This document shows positions 50,835 through 60,654 of a stretch of 64,000 nucleotides of DNA, piece after piece. Each line of letters opens with the position of its first letter. Positions within the stretch are counted from its first letter, which is position 1. The translations under genes were made by a program, and so were the position numbers. The stretch comes from Alphaproteobacteria bacterium (lineage in GTDB: Bacteria; Pseudomonadota; Alphaproteobacteria; MPNO01; UBA830): contig OZ251539.1 of assembly GCA_965243135.1 (NCBI GenBank), positions 992,001 to 1,056,000 on the forward strand. Reading direction: 5' to 3'. The notes below the pieces were generated by a model. That model worked only from the letters and a program-made list of their open reading frames with translations. It did not search any database and was not told where the DNA came from.

Positions 50835-51634
50835 CCGATTCGCTCGGATATCGCGCCAACTGGGGCGTCATCATCCCGTCGACCAATACCTCCGTGCAGC
50901 CCGAGTTCGACGACATGCGGCCGCGCGGCGTGACCAATCATACCGTCCGCATCTGGATCCCCGACGACCCGGTGAATTCCGACGAGGAATTCAACGCCCT
51001 CATGGACAACATCCGCAAGGAGTTCGACAACGCCATCCTGCGCGTAATGACCTGCAACCCGGACTACATCGTCATGGGCATGTCGGCGGAAACGTTCTGG
51101 GACGGCCTCTCCAAGTCCATCGAATTGCGGGAGCGGGTCAAGGAACTGTCGGGACGCGGGGTGGCCATGGGCTCCGACGCCTGCCAGGCCGCGCTGCGTT
51201 GCTACGGCGACATTCGAAGGATCTGCGTCCTGACGCCGTACTGGCCGGTCGGCGACAAGAACGTGCAAAAGTTCTTCGAGGATTGCGGGTTCGAGGTGCT
51301 TGCGATCAAGGGGTTCAAATGCGACAGCCCGGCAAACATTGCGCAGGTGACGGAGGACGAGCTTCGCCGCGGGCTGATCGAGTTGAACGGCCACGACCCC
51401 GAAGCGATCATCCAGGTCGGAACGAATCTCGCCATGGCGCGGCTTGCGGGCGAGGCGGAGAAATGGCTCGAGAAGCCGGTGTTGGCCATCAACACGGCCA
51501 CTTACTGGTATGCGATGCGGGCGAACGGTTACGACGACATCGTCGAGGGGTTCGGTTCGTTGATGACGGATTTCCGGGAGTTGCCGGAGAGCTACCTCGG
51601 TACCGACGCGGGCCGGAACGCTCTGGCGGCCTGA
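50831..51634 (+). CDS. Asp/Glu racemase superfamily protein (maleate isomerase/arylmalonate decarboxylase-like)
   Basis: GVIIPSTNTSVQPEF, VLTPY, QVGTNL, KPVLAINTA. Confidence 0.85.
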   Translation: MTDSLGYRANWGVIIPSTNTSVQPEFDDMRPRGVTNHTVRIWIPDDPVNSDEEFNALMDNIRKEFDNAILRVMTCNPDYIVMGMSAETFWDGLSKSIELRERVKELSGRGVAMGSDACQAALRCYGDIRRICVLTPYWPVGDKNVQKFFEDCGFEVLAIKGFKCDSPANIAQVTEDELRRGLIELNGHDPEAIIQVGTNLAMARLAGEAEKWLEKPVLAINTATYWYAMRANGYDDIVEGFGSLMTDFRELPESYLGTDAGRNALAA

Positions 51635-51690
51635 TGCGACGTCCGGCGACCGCGACGGCATGTTGCCGGCTGGCGTAGGGAAGAGAGGCG

Positions 51691-52824
51691 GTGTCCGAGC
51701 GCATATACTTGAGATCGGCAGGAGGAAGCCTCGAACCGCTCGAGGAGAAGCGGTTCTCGACCGAGGACGAGCTTCAGTCGCTGATTGCGGATCATCCTGA
51801 CTTGCTCGACGGAGAACAGATCCGGCCCGGAGCTTCCCGTCGTTGGATCTGCGTATGCCGCGAGAAGGGACTGGCGGAGACCCCGGATGCTGGCGCCCGC
51901 TGGGCCGTCGATTTGCTGCTTATCGACCAGGATGCGGTTCCGACGCTGGTCGAAGTGAAACGCGGCGCGAACCCCGAAATCCGGCGCACGATCGTTGGGC
52001 AATTGCTGGAGTACGCGGCGCACGCCGCCGGGACCTGGACGGCGGACGAGTTGCGCCGGACGTTCGAGAAGACGGCCCGGACTTCAGGCCTCGATCCCGG
52101 CGACGAGCTTGCGGCGCTTCTTCAGATGGACGGAGAACCGGACGCCGACGGTTTCTGGGGCAAGGTTGCCGTCAATCTCGACGCGAAGCGTCTTCGCCTG
52201 CTTTTCGTGGCCGACGATATCCCCGATCCGCTCAAGCGGATTGCGGCGTTCCTCAACGAGCAAATGCCCCGCATCGAGGTACTGGCGGTAGAGGTCAAGC
52301 AATTCCGCGGCGAGGAGGCGCAGATGATCGTGCCGCGGGTTACCGGAACTATCGCGGTCTCTTCCGGCAAGGCGAGGCAAGAGCTCACGCCGGAATTGTT
52401 CCTGCAGAACTTCGTCAGCGCGGAAGCTCGGCAAGTGGCGGAAAAACTTCTTGAAACGGCGCGCAGGCACGACGCCGATCCTAAACCGGGCGAGCGAAGC
52501 GTAAGCGTTCGGGCGACCTGTTCGAGATGGCCCAGACCGATCACGGTGGCGTGGCTGTACCATGAGCCTGACGCGGTCGGCTGGGCGCGAACGAAGGACT
52601 TCTCTTTCGGGGCGGCCATACTCGACGAGGATCCGCCGCCGGAAGACGAACTGAGGATTGCACTGGAACGTTGGGCGGACGAGTTTTCCCGGGACGATTT
52701 CTCCGAGGACGTCTCAAGCAAGGGAGTCGTCGCGTGGTCGGTCGGTCACGACGCCGCGGCTCGCCATGCCGATCTGCTGGTCGCGCGCCTCTCGAGGATT
52801 CTTGCGGAATTGAAGTCCCTGTAG
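51691..52824 (+). CDS. PD-(D/E)XK endonuclease-like protein (NucS-like N-terminus)
   Basis: EDELQSLIADHPDLL, VDLLLID..PTLVEVKR, GQLLEYAA. Confidence 0.72.
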   Translation: MSERIYLRSAGGSLEPLEEKRFSTEDELQSLIADHPDLLDGEQIRPGASRRWICVCREKGLAETPDAGARWAVDLLLIDQDAVPTLVEVKRGANPEIRRTIVGQLLEYAAHAAGTWTADELRRTFEKTARTSGLDPGDELAALLQMDGEPDADGFWGKVAVNLDAKRLRLLFVADDIPDPLKRIAAFLNEQMPRIEVLAVEVKQFRGEEAQMIVPRVTGTIAVSSGKARQELTPELFLQNFVSAEARQVAEKLLETARRHDADPKPGERSVSVRATCSRWPRPITVAWLYHEPDAVGWARTKDFSFGAAILDEDPPPEDELRIALERWADEFSRDDFSEDVSSKGVVAWSVGHDAAARHADLLVARLSRILAELKSL

Positions 52825-52870
52825 CGAGAAATCGTCGGGCCCGTTTACGAAGGCCCGTGCCGTTTCCGCG

Positions 52871-53575
52871 TCAGGCTGCGGCGCTCTTGCGGCTTTTGCG
52901 CCACTGGAGCAGCGGAGCGATCAGGACGAGAATGGTGATCAGCATGATCCCGGCGGTGATCGGACGTTCCCAGAGAAACCCGTAACCGTCGTGGATTTCG
53001 AGGGCGCGGCGCAGATTCTCCTCGATCATGCGGCCGAGGACGAACCCGAGAATCAACGGCGCCATCGGATACCCGAACAGCCGGAGCGCGATCGCGGCGA
53101 CCGCGAAAAACACCATCATTTGGATGTCGAAGGTGTTGAAGGAAACCAGGTAAACGCCGCACAGCGAGAAGAAGAGCACCAGCGGGACCAGAATTTTTCC
53201 GGGCAGGGTCAGCAGGCGGGCGATATAGGGAATCAGCAGATGCACGCAACCCGGGCTCAGTACCGCCATGTCCAGGCGCCCGCGCGCGGTCGATTCCTCG
53301 ACCCGAACGTCCAGAGCCGCCGCGAAGTGCGAGTAGACGAAGGCCGCCCAATAGCCCTCGTAATGCGCAATGTCGTTCTTCCGATACCGATCGCGAGGAA
53401 TGCTTGCGAAAAACGCTTCGAACGGCTTCTTCTCTCCCTCTGGATCGTTCTCCGCCGTCAGCCTGGCCAGCTCCGCCTGCCTCGTCGCCTCTCGTCCCGT
53501 TGTCGGCACCATGGCGCGCAGCAGCCGCCTGTTCAGGCTGAACTTCACCTCGTGGTTGGGGTAGCCGGTACAGGC
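52871..53575 (-). pseudogene. chimeric remnant: AAA-ATPase/PD-(D/E)XK nuclease fragment fused to the C-terminal part of TctA
   Basis: YPNHEVKFSLN...FFASIP...YEGYWA...VEESTARGRLDMAV then LLTLPGKILVPLVL...YPMAPLILGFVLGRMIEENLRRAL; junction near 53240-53260. Confidence 0.75.
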
Positions 53576-53591
53576 TCCCGCTGTCGGCAGG

Positions 53592-54782
53592 TCACACCGC
53601 CTTCTCTTTTCTCAGGGATTCGATGTCGCGCTCGGAAAAGCCGATCTCTTTCAGTATGCGCTCGGTGTGCTCGCCAAGACGCGGCGGGGGAGATCGAGTT
53701 TCGATCTGCGCTCCGTCGAGCTTGACGCCCGTCCGAGCGAACCGGATTTCGCGCCCGGGCCCCGAAGGATGGTCAAAGGAGCCGATCATTCCGCGCTTCG
53801 AGATTTGCGGATGCGCCAAGGCCTCCGGCACGCTCGATATGCCGCCGGCCGGAACGCCCGCGGCGTTCAGCTCCCTCTGCCAGGCCGCGGCCGGTTTCGC
53901 GCGCAGGGCGTCCTCGAGAATTTCCGTCAGTTCGGCGCGATTCTCGAGGCGCGCTTTCCGTTCGGCGAAACGCGGGTCTTCGACAAGATCCGTCCGTCCG
54001 ACGACGCGGCACAGAGCCTCGAACTGTTTCTGCTTGTTGGCGGCGATGTTGATCGGTCCTTCGCCCGTCCGAAACGTTCCCGACGGACTCGCCGTAAAGT
54101 TGTCGTTGCCCATCGGTTCCGGGACTCCGCCGGTCGCGAGGTAGTTGGAAATCACCCATCCCATGGTCGCCATCACGGATTCGAGCATGGAAACGTCGAT
54201 GAAACGGCCCTCGGCGCGGTCGGCAAGCGCCGCCGCTACGGCGAAGGCCGCGGTCAGCCCTCCGATCGTGTCGGCGATCGGAAAGCCGACGCGCAACGGG
54301 GCGGTATCGGGATTTCCGGTTATGCTCATGACGCCGGACATTCCCTGGATGATCTGGTCGTAGGCAGGCAGATTCCTCAAGGGGCCGTCCTGCCCGAATC
54401 CGGATATCGCGCAATAGACCAAAGCGGGATTTTCGTTTCTGAGCGTCTCGTACCCCAGTCCCAAGCGGTTCATGACCCCGGGGCGAAAGTTCTCCACGAG
54501 CGCATCCGAATTGCGCACCAATCGTTTGAGGACGTCCTTGCCTCTTCGCGACTTGAGATTGATCGTGATCGAACGCTTTCCCGTGTTCTGGGCGAGAAAG
54601 GAAACCCCCATAAGGCTTTCGTTCAACTCCGGATCGGCTCCCAGCCTGCGGGCCAGATCTCCCGCTTCGGGTTCTTCCACCTTGATGACGTCGGCGCCCA
54701 TATGCGCCAGTTGATGGCAACAGAACGGTCCGGCCAGAACGTTGGTCAGATCGAGAACGCGGAAGTCGCGGAGCGGTTTCAT
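53592..54782 (-). CDS. CaiB/BaiF family III CoA transferase
   Basis: RVLDLTNVLAGP, GADVIKVE, NTGKRS, ENFRPG, ISGFGQDGP, YD motifs. Confidence 0.93.
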   Translation of the reverse strand: MKPLRDFRVLDLTNVLAGPFCCHQLAHMGADVIKVEEPEAGDLARRLGADPELNESLMGVSFLAQNTGKRSITINLKSRRGKDVLKRLVRNSDALVENFRPGVMNRLGLGYETLRNENPALVYCAISGFGQDGPLRNLPAYDQIIQGMSGVMSITGNPDTAPLRVGFPIADTIGGLTAAFAVAAALADRAEGRFIDVSMLESVMATMGWVISNYLATGGVPEPMGNDNFTASPSGTFRTGEGPINIAANKQKQFEALCRVVGRTDLVEDPRFAERKARLENRAELTEILEDALRAKPAAAWQRELNAAGVPAGGISSVPEALAHPQISKRGMIGSFDHPSGPGREIRFARTGVKLDGAQIETRSPPPRLGEHTERILKEIGFSERDIESLRKEKAV

Positions 54783-54930
54783 CGCCGGCTTCCGTCGAAC
54801 GGCTTCCCGGACTCGTCGCGAAGGAACCGGCCGGCTGCCGGCAGCGGCAATTTTAGCGCGCGGCCGGGTCGCGAAGGAGCGTGGCGCGTCCGGAAGCTTC
54901 CGGACCGGCGCAAGCCGCGAACGGACGGCG

Positions 54931-56547
54931 TCACGGCGGCTCGTCGGAAGATTCCGCCATGTGCGCCGCCAGAGCTTCCGGCGTGTCGAGGTCGATGAGC
55001 ACCCCGGAACCGGCGCGCGGCACTTCGACGAGTTGATCCGCATTGGCGCCGATCAGATGCCGCGCTCCGACGTCGCCCGAAACGGCCGCCATCTCCGCGA
55101 AATACCGGCGCGCCCACAGTACGGGGTTTCCCCGTTTGCCGTCATGGGTCGGCACGCAGATCGTGGCGCCCGAATCGGGATCGAAGGCGTCGATCAGGGC
55201 GTCGATGTCTTCCGGCGTCACCGTCGGCATGTCGCCGAGCGCCACGACGGCGGCGTTCGCCTCGGAGGGCAGCGCGTTCAACCCGTTCCTCAGCGACGTG
55301 CTGAGCCCTTCCGCGAAATCCGGGTTGTGGACGAACGACACGTTCATTCCCTCCAGTGCGCTCCTTACCCGATCTGGCTCGTGACCGAGGACGACTACGA
55401 CCGGATCCGCCTTGCTCGCGATCAGAGCGCGGGCCGCATGGACGACCATCGGTTCGCCCTTGACCTCGGCCAGCATCTTGTTGACGCGACCCATGCGCCG
55501 CGACTGGCCGGCGGCCAGCAACAACGCTCCGACATGCGCTCCCGCGAGCGAGGGTTCGCGGGGCATGGGACGGCCAGGGACTTCCTTCAGCAATCCGCCC
55601 ACTCCCATTTCCGCAAGGTCGGACGGCGTCACGCCGATATCCGAGACCAGCCTTTGAAGGATCCAGTCGAAACCGTGCAGGCGGGGAGAGCGCGCCGAAC
55701 CGGGCAGTCCGAGAACGGCGGTTTCGCCGATGCGCGCCAGCAACGTCAGATGGCCGGGATCGACGGGCATGCCGAGATGATCGACGGCGCCGCCGGCCCG
55801 CGCGACCGCCTGCGGCACGACGTCCCGACGGTCCACGATGGCCGAAGCTCCCAGCACGAGCGCGATGTCGCAGCTGTCCAGTTTCCGCAAGGCGTCCGCG
55901 ATGTCGTCGCGGGAGTGCGAACAGCGCCGTTCCTCGTCGAGGCGGCAGCCTAGCGGGCGCAAGCGTTCCGCGGTGGTCCTCGATCCCTTGTCGAGAACGT
56001 CTTTCTTGAGGCCGGGCAGGGTCGTCTGAATCAATCCGATGCGTTTCGTCCGGAAAGGATGCAGGCGTATCGCGGGAGACGCTCCGGCGGCGATATCGAT
56101 GCCTTCCTCCACGGAAGCGGCGGCCACGCCGAAAGTGACGATCTTCGCCGTGGCGACCACCCGGCCCCGGGCGACGGCCTCGTAGGGCGGCACGGTGGCG
56201 ATGGCGATCGCTTCGTTCACGCGGTTGAGGCGGCGGATGCGGTCCGCGTCCACCGTAACCACGCCCGCCGCTTCGGCCCGCAAATTCGCGCGGCCCGTTG
56301 CGGCGTCCGATGCATCCAGACCGGGCGAAGACAGCGCTTCCGCGATCCGCCGCGCGGCTTCGTTTTCTCCGAGATCCTGCGCTTCCAGGCGAGCGACGGT
56401 CACCCGGCGAACGTCGTTGCTTCGAAGTCGGGCGATGTCGGCGCGATCCAGCAGGCGGCCTTTTCTGAAGACGCCGCCGGGAAGCCGGACGGAATGCGCA
56501 ATGATCGCTCCGTCGGCGTCTTCGACAGGAATCTCGCCGAATTTCAT
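54931..56547 (-). CDS. molybdopterin-binding domain / MocA-like nucleotidyltransferase fusion
   Basis: GMPVDPG and LGLPGSARSP in the N-terminal domain; LLAAGQSRRMG, GLSTSL, LGDMP, GNPV, GDVGAR, DLDT in the C-terminal domain. Confidence 0.9.
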   Translation of the reverse strand: MKFGEIPVEDADGAIIAHSVRLPGGVFRKGRLLDRADIARLRSNDVRRVTVARLEAQDLGENEAARRIAEALSSPGLDASDAATGRANLRAEAAGVVTVDADRIRRLNRVNEAIAIATVPPYEAVARGRVVATAKIVTFGVAAASVEEGIDIAAGASPAIRLHPFRTKRIGLIQTTLPGLKKDVLDKGSRTTAERLRPLGCRLDEERRCSHSRDDIADALRKLDSCDIALVLGASAIVDRRDVVPQAVARAGGAVDHLGMPVDPGHLTLLARIGETAVLGLPGSARSPRLHGFDWILQRLVSDIGVTPSDLAEMGVGGLLKEVPGRPMPREPSLAGAHVGALLLAAGQSRRMGRVNKMLAEVKGEPMVVHAARALIASKADPVVVVLGHEPDRVRSALEGMNVSFVHNPDFAEGLSTSLRNGLNALPSEANAAVVALGDMPTVTPEDIDALIDAFDPDSGATICVPTHDGKRGNPVLWARRYFAEMAAVSGDVGARHLIGANADQLVEVPRAGSGVLIDLDTPEALAAHMAESSDEPP

Positions 56548-56557
56548 CGCCGCCGCG

Positions 56558-57598
56558 TCACGCCCGCGCTTCCGTTCCGCGATGCAGTTTCTGGGTAATC
56601 TGCGCCAGCACCGAGATGGCGATCTCGGCCGGAGAAACGGCGCCGATGTCGAGGCCGACGGGCGCATGGATGCGGGCGATGTCCGTTTCGGAGAAACCGG
56701 AGGCGGTCAGCCGTTCGACCCGTCCGGCGTGGGTCTTCCGGCTTCCCAGAGCGCCGACGTAGAAGGCGTCCGATTTCAACGCCGCTTCGAGGCCCGGATC
56801 GTCGAGCTTGGGATCGTGCGTCAGAGTGACGACTGCGGTGCGGCGATCTGGGTCGAGAGCGCGCAAGGCGTCGTCCGGCCATTCGCCGTTCAGCGTTATG
56901 CCGGGAAACCGCTCGTCGGTGGCGAACGAAGCGCGCGGATCGACGACGGTGACGTCGTAGCCCGCGACGGAAGCCATGCGCGAAAGAGGTTGCGCGATAT
57001 GGACGGCGCCAACGATCAGCAGGCGTTTCGGCGGATTGAACACTTCGACGAAGACGCGGCGCTCTCCGACCGCGTGCGTTCGGCTGCGGTCGTCCCGCAA
57101 GCCGCGGCGCGCGATCGAAAGAATTTCCGGATCCTCCGAGTCCGGTCCGGACGCGGCCTCGGGATAGACCAGGGTGTGTGCGCCCGTCGACAGATCGACG
57201 GCCCGGACGACGGCCCGTTTTTCGGCCCGGTCTTCGAGCAACGGTTCGAGCGCGCTTTCTTCGAGATTCTCGACGTACACCTCGACGGTGCCGCCGCAGG
57301 CGAGGCCGACTTCCCAGGCGAGTTCGTTGGTGACGCCGTATTCGAGCAGTTTGGGCGCGCCGGTGCGCATGACCTCCAGCGCCTCGGTGGCCACGGCGCC
57401 CTCGATGCAGCCGCCGGAAACCGAACCGACCATCTTGCCGTTTTCGTCGACGGCGAGATGGCTGCCGGCGGGGCGGGGCGAAGATCCCCACGTGGCGACC
57501 ACCGTGGCGAGGGCGACCTTGCGGGCCGCTCGCCATCTCGCGGCCTCGTTCAGCACGTCGTCGCCGCGCGCCCGTTCCCCTACATCGCCGTCAGCCAT
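56558..57598 (-). CDS. XdhC/CoxF family molybdoenzyme maturation factor
   Basis: TWGSSPRPAG, GSVSGGCIE, GLACGG, THDPKLDD, YVGALGSRKT, PAEIAISV. Confidence 0.92.
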   Translation of the reverse strand: MADGDVGERARGDDVLNEAARWRAARKVALATVVATWGSSPRPAGSHLAVDENGKMVGSVSGGCIEGAVATEALEVMRTGAPKLLEYGVTNELAWEVGLACGGTVEVYVENLEESALEPLLEDRAEKRAVVRAVDLSTGAHTLVYPEAASGPDSEDPEILSIARRGLRDDRSRTHAVGERRVFVEVFNPPKRLLIVGAVHIAQPLSRMASVAGYDVTVVDPRASFATDERFPGITLNGEWPDDALRALDPDRRTAVVTLTHDPKLDDPGLEAALKSDAFYVGALGSRKTHAGRVERLTASGFSETDIARIHAPVGLDIGAVSPAEIAISVLAQITQKLHRGTEARA

Positions 57599-58839
57599 TC
57601 CTTGACTCCCGTTTTCCGGGGACCGGGCGATCGATTGAGCGCGTCGATCAGTTCCCCGAGGCTCCGAAGATTATGCACCGGTCGAAATTCGTCAACGCAC
57701 GGCAGGATCGCCTGGATCCCCTGGCTCCTGGGCTGGAAACCGTCGAATCTCAGCAGCGGGTTTAGCCAGACCAACCGGCGGCAGGATTTGTGCAGCCGGT
57801 CGATTTCCCCGTGCAGCCCGCGTCCGGCGTCCCTGTCGAGGCCGTCGGAAATGAGAAGGACGATCGCGCCCTGACCGAGCACCCGCCGCGACCATAGCTT
57901 GTTGAACTGGCAAAGGCTTTCCCCGATTCGCGTTCCGCCCGACCAGTCCTCGACGGCCGCGTTCACCTGTTCCAGTGCGAGATCGATGTCCCTGTTGCGG
58001 AGATAGCGCGTGACGTTGGTGAGGCGAGTGCCGAACAGGAACGTATGCACCCGGTCGCGATCGTTGGTGAGGGAGTGCATGAAATGCACGAACATGCGCG
58101 TGTAACGGCTCATGGATCCCGAGATGTCGCACAGGATGACGAGCGGCGGCGGCCGGGTGCGGCGCGTTCGGAAGCGAAGCGGAATGGCGCTCCCCCCCGA
58201 ACGGAGGGCGGTCCGCAGCGTGGCCCTCATGTCGACCCGCGCTTGACGAGGGCTGACGCGGTATCGGCGCGTCGGGATTTCCTGCAGAGGCAGGCGCATG
58301 CGGGAAATCGCCCGCTTCGCGGCCTCGATTTCCTCCGCCGACATCTCCTCGAAGTCCATGTCCTGAAGAACTTCTCTCCGCGACGCCGTCATCGCGGCGT
58401 CGAGTTCGATCTCCTCTTCGCGCTCTTCCTCCTTCTCGTCCTTGCGGTCGTCAGGCGGCGGATTCAGCGCATCCTGCAGCCGGCGCATGGGTTGTTCCTC
58501 GGGCGGCGGCGGTTCGCCGGCGTCGACCTGGGGAAGGAGAATGCCCATCATGCGCTCGAGCAGCTTGGGGTCTTTCCAGAAGATGTGGAAAGCCTGATCG
58601 AACAGCTCGTGCTGGTCGCGGCGGTTGACGAAGACGGCGTGCAACGCCCAGTAGAAATCGGAACGGCCGCCGATTCCCACGGCCACGACCGCCTTGGCGG
58701 CGTCGATGATCTTGCCGGGACCCACGGGCATCCCCGCGGCGCGCAGCACCCGGCCGAAATGCATGATGTTCGGCGCGAGCTTGTTCCCCTCCAGCCGCTC
58801 GAGGAGCTGCATTCCGGGGGTTGCGGCTGTTTCGACCAT
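57580..58839 (-). CDS. coxE: CoxE-like VWA domain protein
   Basis: DISGSMS MIDAS motif, DWSGGTRIG, ISDGLD, WLNPLL. Confidence 0.9.
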   Translation of the reverse strand: MVETAATPGMQLLERLEGNKLAPNIMHFGRVLRAAGMPVGPGKIIDAAKAVVAVGIGGRSDFYWALHAVFVNRRDQHELFDQAFHIFWKDPKLLERMMGILLPQVDAGEPPPPEEQPMRRLQDALNPPPDDRKDEKEEEREEEIELDAAMTASRREVLQDMDFEEMSAEEIEAAKRAISRMRLPLQEIPTRRYRVSPRQARVDMRATLRTALRSGGSAIPLRFRTRRTRPPPLVILCDISGSMSRYTRMFVHFMHSLTNDRDRVHTFLFGTRLTNVTRYLRNRDIDLALEQVNAAVEDWSGGTRIGESLCQFNKLWSRRVLGQGAIVLLISDGLDRDAGRGLHGEIDRLHKSCRRLVWLNPLLRFDGFQPRSQGIQAILPCVDEFRPVHNLRSLGELIDALNRSPGPRKTGVKEWLTAM

Positions 58840-58856
58840 CTCGGCGTGCGGCGCGG

Positions 58857-59771
58857 CTACGGGCCCGCCCCCGCCTTCACTTCGTCCAGAATCCTGGCCG
58901 CTTCGCTGCCCTGCATTTTTTCTATGTCGTCCTGATACTTGAGCAGGATGCCGAGCGAGGCGTTGACCGTTTCGGGGTCGAGATCGATCCGGTCGAGCTG
59001 GATCAACGCGTTGGTCCAGTCGATCGTCTCGGCCACGCCGGGCAGTTTGAAGAGGTCCCGGTCGCGCAGGCGCTGGACGAACGCGACGACCTGGTTGGAA
59101 AGGGCTTCCGCGGCGTCGGGCACCTTGGTCTTGAGGATCTCCAGCTCTCTCGCGGCATTCGGATAATCGACCCAGAAATAGAAGCAGCGGCGCTTGATGG
59201 CGTCGTGAATCTCCCGGGTCCGGTTCGAGGTGATGATGACGATCGGCGGCCTCCGCGCGGCGACCGTTCCGATCTCGGGGATCGTGACCTGGAAATCGGA
59301 GAGAACTTCCAGGAGAAACGCTTCGAAAGGCTCGTCGGTGCGGTCGAGCTCGTCGATGAGCAAAACCGGCGGATTGCCGGACGCGTCCGGCTTGAGGGCC
59401 TGCAGGAGGGGGCGTTCGATCAGGAACCGTTCGGAGAAAACGCCTTCCTCGATCCGGCTGCGGTCCCGTTCGCCCGCGGCTTCCGCGATGCGGATGTCGA
59501 TCATCTGCATCGCGTAGTTCCATTCGTACACCGCGGAAGACACGTCGAGGCCTTCGTAGCACTGAAGGCGAATCAGGCGGCGACCGAGCGATTCCGAAAG
59601 CACCTTGCCGATCTCGGTCTTGCCGACGCCGGCTTCGCCTTCGAGAAACAACGGCCTTCCGAGTTTCAGCGCTAGGAACAGCGCCGTCGCCAAGGATCGG
59701 TCGGCGACGTATTCGGCGTCGCGCAGCATGTCGACGACCGCGTCGACGGAAGCGGGAAGTTGTCCTGTCAT
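58857..59771 (-). CDS. coxD: CoxD-like MoxR AAA+ ATPase
   Basis: LEGEAGVGKT, RLQCYEGLD, LLIDELDR, TSNRTREIHDAIKRRC. Confidence 0.93.
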   Translation of the reverse strand: MTGQLPASVDAVVDMLRDAEYVADRSLATALFLALKLGRPLFLEGEAGVGKTEIGKVLSESLGRRLIRLQCYEGLDVSSAVYEWNYAMQMIDIRIAEAAGERDRSRIEEGVFSERFLIERPLLQALKPDASGNPPVLLIDELDRTDEPFEAFLLEVLSDFQVTIPEIGTVAARRPPIVIITSNRTREIHDAIKRRCFYFWVDYPNAARELEILKTKVPDAAEALSNQVVAFVQRLRDRDLFKLPGVAETIDWTNALIQLDRIDLDPETVNASLGILLKYQDDIEKMQGSEAARILDEVKAGAGP

Positions 59772-59840
59772 TTCCTCAAGAAACGGGGAGCCGCGTCGAT
59801 GGCTCCCCTGGCTTTCGGTCCGGTTGCGGAGACGCGCCGG

Positions 59841-60638
59841 TCAGCCGTTCGCTTCCGCGACCGCGCGCTTGGCCATGATCGTCACGAGATGCGCGCGGTA
59901 TTCGGGGCTCGCATGGATGTCGCTGTTGAGGCCTTCGTCCGGGATCTTGATGCTCGCGACGGCCTCGGGCGCGAAGCCGTTCTCCAGCGCGGCTTCCATC
60001 TCGGCAACCCGGAACACGCAGGGCCCGGCGCCGGTGATCGCCACCCGGGTTCCCTGCGGTCCGCGGCTGACGAACGCGCCGACCATGGCGTACCGGGAGG
60101 CCGGATTGGGGAACTTCATGTAACCGGCTTTTTCGGGGACCGGGAAGTCGACCCTGGTCACGAGTTCGGCTTCGTCGAGCGCGGTTTCGAACATGTCGGT
60201 GAAGAAATCGTCGCCCGCGATCCGGCGTTTGTCGGTGTGCACGGTGGCGCCCAGGCCGACGACCGCCGCCGGATAATCCGCCGCCGGGTCGTTGTTGGAA
60301 ATCGAACCGCCGATCGTGCCGCGGTTGCGAACCATCGGATCGCCGATAAGCCCCGCGAGCTTGGCGAGCGCGGGGATCGCGCCGCGAACTTCCGCGGACG
60401 CGTTGACCGCGGCATGCGGCGTCATGGCGCCGATGGAGACGACTCCGTCGCCGACCGAGATGCCGACGAGGTCCTTCAGGTCGGCCAGATCGACGAGGTC
60501 CGAAGGCTTGGCCAGCCGCATCTTGAGGGTCGGAAGCAAGGTCATGCCTCCGGCGACGAACTTTCCTTCTTCGGCGGCGGCGACGCCGGCCGTCGCGTCT
60601 TCGACGGACGTCGCCCGCCTGTATGCGAAATCGTACAT
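59841..60638 (-). CDS. coxM: molybdoenzyme FAD-binding subunit (CoxM-like)
   Basis: AGGMTLLP, VRNRGTIGGS, NDPAAD, YRAHL. Confidence 0.92.
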   Translation of the reverse strand: MYDFAYRRATSVEDATAGVAAAEEGKFVAGGMTLLPTLKMRLAKPSDLVDLADLKDLVGISVGDGVVSIGAMTPHAAVNASAEVRGAIPALAKLAGLIGDPMVRNRGTIGGSISNNDPAADYPAAVVGLGATVHTDKRRIAGDDFFTDMFETALDEAELVTRVDFPVPEKAGYMKFPNPASRYAMVGAFVSRGPQGTRVAITGAGPCVFRVAEMEAALENGFAPEAVASIKIPDEGLNSDIHASPEYRAHLVTIMAKRAVAEANG

Positions 60639-60654
60639 GGTTCGACCTCTTTCG

